From: Myxococcales bacterium | GTDB taxonomy: Bacteria; Myxococcota_A; Bradymonadia; UBA7976; UBA1532 | DNA: 64,000 nucleotides | Reading direction: 5' to 3' | Assembly (NCBI GenBank): GCA_002731825.1 | Contig: PCCS01000017.1 | Coordinates: 123,420 to 187,419, forward strand | In this document: in pieces, positions 53,812-61,843 of the stretch | Numbering within the stretch: position 1 is the stretch's first letter | Layout of the letters: every line of letters starts with the position of its first letter | Translations under genes and position numbers: made by a program | Notes under the pieces: model-generated | Told to the model about the DNA's origin: nothing | What the model saw: the letters and a program-made list of their open reading frames with translations, nothing else | Databases searched by the model: none

Positions 53812-55455
53812 TTACAAAAGCTGTGCCACCGGGTGTTTTTCAAGGAGTGTTTCACCCGTCTTCAAATCGATGACAGTGGTCCGTAACCAGCGGTGCTTAT
53901 CGATAAAGAAAGAGACATCGAGCCTCGGACCGGGATCACCTGGCTGATGGGGTGGTTCAAGCCGTCCCAAAATGGGGTCTACCCCATTGAGAGCCATTCG
54001 ATTGGGCCTGAGCGCGTGACGCCCTGAAGTCTCGTTCAAACTAGACTGACCGATGGCATGATGTGCAATTTCAAAAATGACCAATTTAAAGATGACTTCC
54101 GGTACCCCCAATGGGCAACTGGGGGTAAACTGCTGAGCGAAATGGCGCGCATCTGTCGGATAACGAGTTCCCCTTTTTATGATGGGGATATGGCTGGTTT
54201 CACCGCCGAGTGTTGTCTGGGCTGCGAGGGCGTAATCGTGAACGATGAAGTCGTCTTGCTTGAACACATCAGCCGAGAAAGCAGCCCCCCCTGAGGCCAC
54301 CGCCGAAAAGGGACACCACTGCCTCACTCTCTCCGGACCGAAACGGTCATTGAAATGTGTTCTCACTCCGGGAAGTAAGGTTGTCCCGCCCACCAATAAA
54401 ACCTGCTGAATGGCAGACTGAGATGTTCCGATATCGACCAGTTGCGCGTGTATATCGTCCAAAGCGGTCTCAATGCGTTCATAGAACCCGTGCTCATTGA
54501 GAGTCGAGTCAAGAAAGCTGGCATCGACATCGACATATCGAGCCCCGTGAGTGTCGCCGTTCCGAGGATGGGGCAGTACGTCGAAGGTCGAATGGCCAGT
54601 CACTGAGACCTGCTCTTTGACTCGACGACCCTCTCGGAGCAGCAAACGGGTCCAGACGTCATCCATTTCTGACTCATCATGGCTGTATTCGACCTGCCGG
54701 CTTCGAAGAACTTGGATGGCTAACCACCGGTCGATATCATGGCCACCGACACCAACGGACGCCTTGGCCAAGACATCACATCGTCCCTGCCGGCTCAGGC
54801 GAGGACTCAATCGAACGGCTGCAAAATCGAGGCTACCTCCACCAAAATCGGCCACCAAGACTGTCTGTTCCAGCTGGAGGTCAAGGCCGTACCCCAGAGC
54901 GGCAGCGACCGGTTCATCGATAAAGGAAATGTCTCTAATTCCGACAGCGCGAGCGATATTTTTCAGTTCTGTTCGATAGCAGTCAAAGCTATCGATTGGC
55001 ACAGTGAAGGCACATCTACGGATTCGGTGACCGGTCGTCGATTTCACTTCCGATACAAGTGCCTTGATAAACGTCTGTGCCGCGTCTCGTACCGTTATCG
55101 CACGACCGTGGTAGGTCAGGACAGGCATACAGGGCGAATGACCGAGACGAGACTTGACGTTTTCAATGACGCCGTGGCCGAGGTTTAAGTCCAAAGCCGC
55201 TCGTCCAACGATCTCTCCGCTTCGACTCGCTGACGGACTAAATAACGAGCCCAAGCGCTGGCTCACAGACATGGACTCTGTGCGTCCAACAAAAGCCAGA
55301 GCAGATGGAATCAGGGCCGGCTCGAGACCGACAGCGTCCACATCCGTTATCTTAGTCAGCTTGGGAAGGTCGAGGATATGACTCACCTGTCCGTCCTCCA
55401 GCCAATAGCTTATGACCGTGTGTGTTGTCCCCAGATCGATCGCCCATGCATCCAT
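53812..55455 (-). CDS. Divergent Hsp70-family protein
   Basis: AIDLGTTHT, TVPIDSFD, DEPVAAALGY, DFGGGSLD, GGHDID, LVGGTTLLP. Confidence 0.85.
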   Translation of the reverse strand: MDAWAIDLGTTHTVISYWLEDGQVSHILDLPKLTKITDVDAVGLEPALIPSALAFVGRTESMSVSQRLGSLFSPSASRSGEIVGRAALDLNLGHGVIENVKSRLGHSPCMPVLTYHGRAITVRDAAQTFIKALVSEVKSTTGHRIRRCAFTVPIDSFDCYRTELKNIARAVGIRDISFIDEPVAAALGYGLDLQLEQTVLVADFGGGSLDFAAVRLSPRLSRQGRCDVLAKASVGVGGHDIDRWLAIQVLRSRQVEYSHDESEMDDVWTRLLLREGRRVKEQVSVTGHSTFDVLPHPRNGDTHGARYVDVDASFLDSTLNEHGFYERIETALDDIHAQLVDIGTSQSAIQQVLLVGGTTLLPGVRTHFNDRFGPERVRQWCPFSAVASGGAAFSADVFKQDDFIVHDYALAAQTTLGGETSHIPIIKRGTRYPTDARHFAQQFTPSCPLGVPEVIFKLVIFEIAHHAIGQSSLNETSGRHALRPNRMALNGVDPILGRLEPPHQPGDPGPRLDVSFFIDKHRWLRTTVIDLKTGETLLEKHPVAQLL

Positions 55456-55674
55456 GTGTTTAACTTACAGTGGTTGCCTGAGTGGAAACAGACTCTTTTT
55501 GAATTGATTGCGGTCAAACCAACAGGAAAATACACCAATTGACTCGCGAAACCCGGTGAGAGCGAATTGCAATTGTATCTTGTCCCCGATCCATGTTAGA
55601 GACCGCGCTCTCGTTAAGCTGAGACGGCAGAGGTGAATGGTCACGTCTGCAGAGAAACTCAAAGGAATTACGCG

Positions 55675-56052
55675 ATGTCCGAGACGACAAACATCGAACC
55701 CGAGACCACCGAGGTCACGGAGCAGAATGAAGAGGTCAGTGCTGAGGCGGTTGAGCCAGAAGCAGCAAACGAGGTTGAGGCAGCGACAAACGACGCAGGC
55801 CCCGGCAGAGATTACGACGAATTAGACGAGGACGATATCCCCGTAGAGCCCACAACCTACAAAGTGGGTAATCGAGTTGATGAGAAGGTCATCGATGGCC
55901 GACTCGAAGCGGTTGCTGCTGCCAAAGAGTGGAGCGTCGAGAGCGGTCAATCCATCGTCGTCGAACGAACAGACGGTCGAGTCCAAATGAGCTTCCGCGA
56001 CGGCGCTCTTGTCGACTATGTCCTTGAGACGCGAAAAGGCCGACGCGGCTAA
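55675..56052 (+). CDS. Acidic hypothetical protein; C-terminal half possibly DUF2188-like
   Basis: ATG 55675 with AAAGGA RBS; E/D/T-rich N-terminus; RLEAVAAAKEW...IVVERTDGRV. Confidence 0.6.
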   Translation: MSETTNIEPETTEVTEQNEEVSAEAVEPEAANEVEAATNDAGPGRDYDELDEDDIPVEPTTYKVGNRVDEKVIDGRLEAVAAAKEWSVESGQSIVVERTDGRVQMSFRDGALVDYVLETRKGRRG

Positions 56053-56254
56053 GCCGTCTTGAGACCTTTCCTTCTCTCGGCCTACGTGGCTGCGCCCCAA
56101 GCAGTCTCTCATTCGGACGCACTTTAAACGGCACTCAAATCGAGTCTCATGTAAGCTTGGGTGTTTGCCCCGTCTTGTCGGGTAAGGTACGCCTGAGTTG
56201 ATCCGAAGATGCGAAGGCGTGATAAGCTAGAAGTGGACAGAACTGGAGTTCGTA

Positions 56255-57211
56255 ATGAGCAATATATATCGCTCGGACCTCGTCTTAAACGTGCTTGTGG
56301 CGACCATCCTAACAACGGTAATGCTGACGTCTGGCTGTGGTCCCGAAACCCCTGTGTACACAGCGGCCCCTATGACCGCTCCCAACACACCCGATATGAT
56401 GGGCATCGTCCCGCCAAAACCCATCGGCGAGAGCGATGCCGGTTTTTCCGCGGGCAGCGCCTGCAATGTTTGGGCTAATATCCCGAGTCAGAGACTTATT
56501 GCGACGCTCCATGAAGAATTGAGAAACGCCTATCGGCCCATTAGCGTTGAAGCGGACCTGGGGGGGAACCTGAATCGCTACACGACGGCCAGAAATATCA
56601 TGTTCACTGAAGTCGAACGCTATCAGGGTGTGTCCGGTGGCTATATCGTCGAGTGCGTTTATACCGGGCATACAACGCCTGCATCGCAAACAGAAGATCC
56701 ATCCCGCGAGGAAATAAACTGCGAGCATGTCATGCCCAGAGCGCGGATGGCGACCGAAGAGGGCAATCCCGCGGTTTACGAACATCAGCAGTCTGACATC
56801 CACAATCTCATGCCATCTACACCCGGCTCCAACAGCACCCGCGGCAGTTTTCGATTTGGCGAGGTTGTCAACGAACGAAACCTAGATCACTTGCCATCTG
56901 TTTTGGGTGAGAACAGGTCCGGCGACACGGTTTGGCAGGTAAGAAACCAGAGACGTGGAGACATCGCCCGAATCGTATTCTATATGTCGGTACGCTGGGG
57001 TATCGATATCGCCAGTGATGAGGAGATGATTCTACGTCAATGGAACCAAATAGACCCGCCCGACGACCGAGAGCAACTCAGAAATCAGCGGGTTTCGCAG
57101 CGCCAAGGTAATCGAAACCCATTTATTGACTGTCCCGAATTAGTGGATCGGGTCAGCGACTTCATCGGGTTTCAAACACTCGATACCGAAGGTAACTTAC
57201 CCCTTCCCTAA
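56255..57211 (+). CDS. Endonuclease I family (His-Me finger) lipoprotein
   Basis: Lipobox TSGC; NCEHVMP, SDIHNL, NSTRG, RGDIARIVFYM, QGNRNPFID. Confidence 0.88.
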   Translation: MSNIYRSDLVLNVLVATILTTVMLTSGCGPETPVYTAAPMTAPNTPDMMGIVPPKPIGESDAGFSAGSACNVWANIPSQRLIATLHEELRNAYRPISVEADLGGNLNRYTTARNIMFTEVERYQGVSGGYIVECVYTGHTTPASQTEDPSREEINCEHVMPRARMATEEGNPAVYEHQQSDIHNLMPSTPGSNSTRGSFRFGEVVNERNLDHLPSVLGENRSGDTVWQVRNQRRGDIARIVFYMSVRWGIDIASDEEMILRQWNQIDPPDDREQLRNQRVSQRQGNRNPFIDCPELVDRVSDFIGFQTLDTEGNLPLP

Positions 57212-57213
57212 GC

Positions 57214-58911
57214 TCAGGCTGCCTGTGCGGATGCACGCAGCATTTCTTCTGCGCACAGGCGCGTATGCGATTTGTCTGCGCGCCCGCCTATCATTCTTGC
57301 GATTTCAGCGATGCGAGTCCTCGAATTTAACATTTCGAGACAAGTACGGGTCTGCGCATGGACTGAGGTCTTGCTGATTCGTAAATGTGTCTCGGCCCGG
57401 GACGCGACCTGTGCCAGGTGAGTGACGCAGATGACCTGGCGCTGCTCAGCGATGTCATGGAGCATGTCTGCGATGGTTTCACCTGTCTCTCCACCAACAC
57501 CTGCATCGACTTCATCAAATAAATAGGTCGACACTGTGTCCTGAGAGGCCATGACCCGCTTGATGGACAGCATCACTCGGGATAGTTCGCCGCCACTGGC
57601 GATACTTTCAATGGGCTGAGCATCATAGCCCTTGTTTGTCTTGAGTAGAAATCGAAGGGCGTAAAGCCCGTTAGGACCAATGGAACCAAGGGAACTGGAG
57701 ATGCCATTTTTTACAGGGCGCCTCTCGACATCCATTTCAGCATCGTCCATCCCTAGTAGACGCATTTGGTCTACGACAGACGCCAAAAAGACCTGACATG
57801 TTTGCATTCGGTGTTCGCTGAGACGCAAAGCCATCGGCTCGAGAGTGGCCACTAAATCGAGCCGCTGTATACGCAGCCGTTCGAGCTGACCATCGACATC
57901 AGTCAAGCCTAACAGCTCTGTTTTTAATCCCGTGTAGCGCTCGATAACCTCATCTAGGGACCCCCCGTATTTCCGCCTTAATCTGCAGAGCTGATTTAAC
58001 CTGTTCTCGACCCAATCAAGGCGGCTGTGATCATCGGGCAGCCGCTGTTGGTACTCACTCAAACTCGTCGCCACATCTTCTAGTGCTGAGACGGCTCCAT
58101 ACAGCTGGTCGACTAAAGCTGATAAAGACTTATCGAACTGAACGGTCCGCTCACTGTCATAGAGCAGGGCCTTGACTCGGTCGATGATTGCATCTTCTCC
58201 ATGATACAATTGAGTGCCCGCACCATGGCTGTATTCGAGCAATCGCTGCAAGTTCCTCAGCGTCGCGCATTCTGCTTCTAGAGACTCTATCTCGGTCGGG
58301 TCATGCAGTTCAGCGTCTTCGATCTCGCGGATCTGGAATCTGATGTAATCTTCGCGATCTGCCATCGCCTGCGACCGTGTTTCGAGCTCATGGATCTCTC
58401 CTTCGATGCGGCGTATATCAGCGTAGCTATCACGAACGGCTATCGCGTCACTTTCGTGTTGGCCGACTGCGTCTATCAATGCGGAGTGATGTTCACTTTT
58501 CAAGAGTTGATAAAAACCGTGCTGAGTGAGTACATCGACCAACTGACTCACAACCCGATTAAGGACAGCGAGTGGACATAAAACACCATTCAAGTACGCG
58601 CGCGACCGACCCGTTTGCGACACCACCCGTCGGACAATGAGATCAGCTTCATAGGGAATATCAAGTTCGTCCAAGGTTGACCTGACATGGGGGGTGTCAG
58701 TGATATCGAAGAGCGCTTGTACATCGCAACACGACGCCCCCTTGCGCACCAGGCTTTTGTTAGCCCTTGAACCGAGTATCAGACGAACGGATTCTAGAAC
58801 CAGTGATTTACCAGATCCCGTTTCACCGGTGAGTGCAATGAGACCCGAGGACAGGCTGATATCGGCGGATTCGATCAATGCAAGATCTTTGATTTTGAGA
58901 GTTAATAACAT
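57214..58911 (-). CDS. recN: DNA repair protein RecN
   Basis: TGETGSGKS, R..INGVL, TQH, ASGGELSR, FDEVDAGVGG, VTHLAQVA, EIARMIGG. Start MLLTL at 58911 (or 58917) gives about 565 aa; the ORF-track extension to 59169 is unlikely. Confidence 0.95.
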   Translation of the reverse strand: MLLTLKIKDLALIESADISLSSGLIALTGETGSGKSLVLESVRLILGSRANKSLVRKGASCCDVQALFDITDTPHVRSTLDELDIPYEADLIVRRVVSQTGRSRAYLNGVLCPLAVLNRVVSQLVDVLTQHGFYQLLKSEHHSALIDAVGQHESDAIAVRDSYADIRRIEGEIHELETRSQAMADREDYIRFQIREIEDAELHDPTEIESLEAECATLRNLQRLLEYSHGAGTQLYHGEDAIIDRVKALLYDSERTVQFDKSLSALVDQLYGAVSALEDVATSLSEYQQRLPDDHSRLDWVENRLNQLCRLRRKYGGSLDEVIERYTGLKTELLGLTDVDGQLERLRIQRLDLVATLEPMALRLSEHRMQTCQVFLASVVDQMRLLGMDDAEMDVERRPVKNGISSSLGSIGPNGLYALRFLLKTNKGYDAQPIESIASGGELSRVMLSIKRVMASQDTVSTYLFDEVDAGVGGETGETIADMLHDIAEQRQVICVTHLAQVASRAETHLRISKTSVHAQTRTCLEMLNSRTRIAEIARMIGGRADKSHTRLCAEEMLRASAQAA

Positions 58912-58950
58912 GATCATCTGTTCAGTACTTAATACTGAACAAATGTACAC
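58910..58950. promoter_or_regulatory. Two inverted LexA (SOS)-box-like sites upstream of and overlapping the recN start
   Basis: Minus 58950-58934 GTGTACATTTGTTCAGT (15/17) and plus 58910-58926 ATGATCATCTGTTCAGT (14/17) against the M. xanthus consensus CTRHAMRYBYGTTCAGS as I recall it; together they create GTTCAGTA-N5-TACTGAAC. Confidence 0.65.
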
Positions 58951-59098
58951 ATATTTAACGCATCGAGTAAAGTTTTTTATTGGACTGATCTGGATTCGAG
59001 CAAAAACTTTTCGCCTAGGCACTTGCATCAAAGATGAACTCCTTGATTTGATAAGGATTGCGCCGTAAAAGGCATTTCCTTTCGTCGATAGGTGATGT

Positions 59099-61810
59099 GT
59101 GAAGACCTTAAATATTGTTCCATTTGTGTTTCTGATTCTCAGCGTTGGATGTCTGAATCCAGATCCCACTGACCCGCGTCCTAATGTCCCCTCCGATGTG
59201 GCATTAGATAGCGGGGTCGTAACCTCTGACGCCGACTCAGAAACAGGTCTGTGTCCAAGTGCGCCGGCAGATGACGAGAGCGACCCTGACAGATGTATTC
59301 ACACCTTCGTCTATAGGGCTAATGGCAGTGCACCAGCCACTGCGGTCAAGGTGGCTGGTGACTTCGAGTGCCCGTCGACGTGGGCGGGCTCATATTCCAT
59401 GAGTGGACCCAACAGCGCAGGGGAATTCCACATAGATGTTCAGCTAAAGCCAGGGCGCTACCAGTATAAATTTATCGTAGACAACACATGGGTGACAGAT
59501 CCGGAGAATGCAGAGCGAGCGGACAACGGGTCCGGGGACCAAAACAGCGTCCTGACCCACAGCTGTCCGTCTGAACCGGACTGTACTTTCAATGCCGATT
59601 GTATCGTAGAGGACCGGCCTGTATGCCGCCAATACCAGTGCGCGCCCTGTGATTGCGAACCTGGACAACGATGTTCACCTGACACCGGGCAATGCGAGAC
59701 GGCTCCCTGTGAAGGGCCTGCTGATTGCGACACAGGTCAGGTCTGTAGTGATGGGGCTTGTAGGGGCTGCCTTGAAACTGAGGAGTGTGCAGCGGGTCTG
59801 GTGTGCGTCAACGGTGGCTGCGACGTCCCGGAATGCCAGACTTGGAGCGACTGCGAGACCCCGACGGACTCCTGCGTCGATTTTCAGTGCCAACCCCGTC
59901 CATGTTCCCGTCAATTGTTTAGTCTGGGTTCGAATAACCAAGGGTATGATCGGGTTCTCGTCGCGGGTGAGTTCACAGCATGGCTTGAGAATGCCGTCGA
60001 GATGAAGCGGCAAGATGATGGCATTTGGCGAGCGGAAATTGAAATGGACAATGGCCGTTATGCCTACAAATTCGTGACCTACCAAAATGGCAACGCCGAC
60101 CCGGTTTGGATCTCTGATCCAGGGGCCATGGAACAAGTGTCCGATGGGCTCGGCGGTGAGAATTCGATACGAACCGTCGATTGCAGTGAAACCACAGCGC
60201 GTTTTGGCCGATGCGGGGATCCGGATGTCGCCGACTGGCGCGATGAAATTATGTACTTCGTGATGGTCGATAGATTCTACGATTCGGATGGTCAGTCGCA
60301 ACCTGTGGACGGTGCGACAGGGGGTAATGCCGCCACCGGCCCAAGTGGTCAATTTGAGGGTGGCGACTTGGTCGGACTGTCCCAAAAATTAGGCTATTTG
60401 GATGACCTCGGGGTCACTTCGCTCTGGCTGTCAGCCCCCTACAAAAATCGGGACCTTGCTGGAGCAGCAATCGATCCTGGAACAGATCCAAATCAATATT
60501 CCGGGTACCATGGATATTGGCCATCTCCTGAGAACATCGATTTTAGCGACCCACTCAATCCCCGACCAATTCCGGCGGTGGAATCAAGAATCGGAACTGC
60601 CAACGATCTTCGAAGCGTCGTCGATGAGGCTCATGACAGTGGCATGAAGGTTTTATTCGACTACGTGATGAATCATGTCGATGTAGAAAGCGGTCTTTAT
60701 CGTGAGCACCCAGAGTGGTTTGCCCGAGGTGATGGTCGAGATGGTCGGCCCAATGACGGATTCGCACTGTGCGGGCCCTTGAATCTCTGGAATGACCCGT
60801 ATTGGGGTACACGGTGTGCCTTCACTGACTATCTACCCCCCTTTGACTTTGACAATGCCGACGCGCGAGCCTGGTCGGTGGCTGATGCGCTGTGGTGGGC
60901 GCGAGAGTATAATTTAGATGGGTTTAGATTAGATGCCATCAAACACGTATCAAACGAGTGGCTAACGGACCTACGTGCCGCTCTCAATGAGGCATTCCCA
61001 ACGCCTCAAGGTGACCGATTTTATCTTGTTGGAGAGACCTTTGCCTATGATGATATCGGTCTTCTCGCCAGCTACATCGAACCCTCGACTAAGCTCGATG
61101 GCCAATTTGATTTCCCTTTGAAAGCACGTCTTTGCGAAGGCATCTTTCAAGGCCGAATGAATGAACTGCAAGGGTGGATGGATAATGTCAACCGAACGGC
61201 TTATCCTAGGGATGCCATCATGACGACTTGGATCGGTAATCACGACATTCCAAGAGCCATTCATTTTGCGAGCGGTGAGATCGGAAATTGTCGTGAAGGA
61301 AGCAATCCAGGTCAGGGTTGGAATTTAACGCCCCAACAGCCACAAAACCCGGCCAGTTATGAGCAGTTAGGACTCGCTTTTGGTGTGCTCATGACATCAC
61401 CCGGCATCCCATTGATTTATTACGGTGATGAGGTTGGGTTGGCCGGTGGAGGTGATCCAGATAACCGCCGAATGATGCCTTGGGATGAGACCCAATTGAG
61501 CGATGCACAGATCGCCCTTCGCGAGCGGCTCAGATCGATGATCGCTGTACGCCGAAACTACCGGGCGCTCAGCCGTGGTCAGCGAACGACAATCGATGTT
61601 GATGGAGACCAATGGGTGTATCGCATGGCGTGCAACAACGACAATCACACAGATGTAACGGTTGTCGTAAATCGAGGCGGCAATGAGAGACGCGTTAGAG
61701 GCCTGCCAATGGGCAACTATCGAGATCTCGAAAGCCAAGACGTCGTGAACAATAACGACCTGCGCATTCCTCCGAGGTCAATTCGACTTCTCGAGCGCTT
61801 AGAAGAGTAG
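59099..61810 (+). CDS. GH13 alpha-amylase/neopullulanase-like lipoprotein with two CBM48-like domains and a Cys-rich linker
   Basis: Lipobox SVGC; GRYQYKFIVD and GRYAYKFV; YFVMVDRF, GGDL.GL..KLGYL, YHGYW, GFRLDAIKH, VGE, GNHD (Asp/Glu/Asp triad), YYGDEVG. Confidence 0.9.
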   Translation: MKTLNIVPFVFLILSVGCLNPDPTDPRPNVPSDVALDSGVVTSDADSETGLCPSAPADDESDPDRCIHTFVYRANGSAPATAVKVAGDFECPSTWAGSYSMSGPNSAGEFHIDVQLKPGRYQYKFIVDNTWVTDPENAERADNGSGDQNSVLTHSCPSEPDCTFNADCIVEDRPVCRQYQCAPCDCEPGQRCSPDTGQCETAPCEGPADCDTGQVCSDGACRGCLETEECAAGLVCVNGGCDVPECQTWSDCETPTDSCVDFQCQPRPCSRQLFSLGSNNQGYDRVLVAGEFTAWLENAVEMKRQDDGIWRAEIEMDNGRYAYKFVTYQNGNADPVWISDPGAMEQVSDGLGGENSIRTVDCSETTARFGRCGDPDVADWRDEIMYFVMVDRFYDSDGQSQPVDGATGGNAATGPSGQFEGGDLVGLSQKLGYLDDLGVTSLWLSAPYKNRDLAGAAIDPGTDPNQYSGYHGYWPSPENIDFSDPLNPRPIPAVESRIGTANDLRSVVDEAHDSGMKVLFDYVMNHVDVESGLYREHPEWFARGDGRDGRPNDGFALCGPLNLWNDPYWGTRCAFTDYLPPFDFDNADARAWSVADALWWAREYNLDGFRLDAIKHVSNEWLTDLRAALNEAFPTPQGDRFYLVGETFAYDDIGLLASYIEPSTKLDGQFDFPLKARLCEGIFQGRMNELQGWMDNVNRTAYPRDAIMTTWIGNHDIPRAIHFASGEIGNCREGSNPGQGWNLTPQQPQNPASYEQLGLAFGVLMTSPGIPLIYYGDEVGLAGGGDPDNRRMMPWDETQLSDAQIALRERLRSMIAVRRNYRALSRGQRTTIDVDGDQWVYRMACNNDNHTDVTVVVNRGGNERRVRGLPMGNYRDLESQDVVNNNDLRIPPRSIRLLERLEE

Positions 61811-61843
61811 ACGCGACACCCGCTTTTCCGATATGAAAGCAAC

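Noticed and set aside
55465-55662. 65-aa ORF upstream of the third Hsp70
   Set aside because: No recognisable motif or RBS; lies across the likely divergent promoter region
58912-59169. 86-aa N-terminal extension of RecN in the ORF track
   Set aside because: Overlaps the divergent GH13 start and the AT-rich promoter with SOS-like boxes; RecN homology starts at MLLTL
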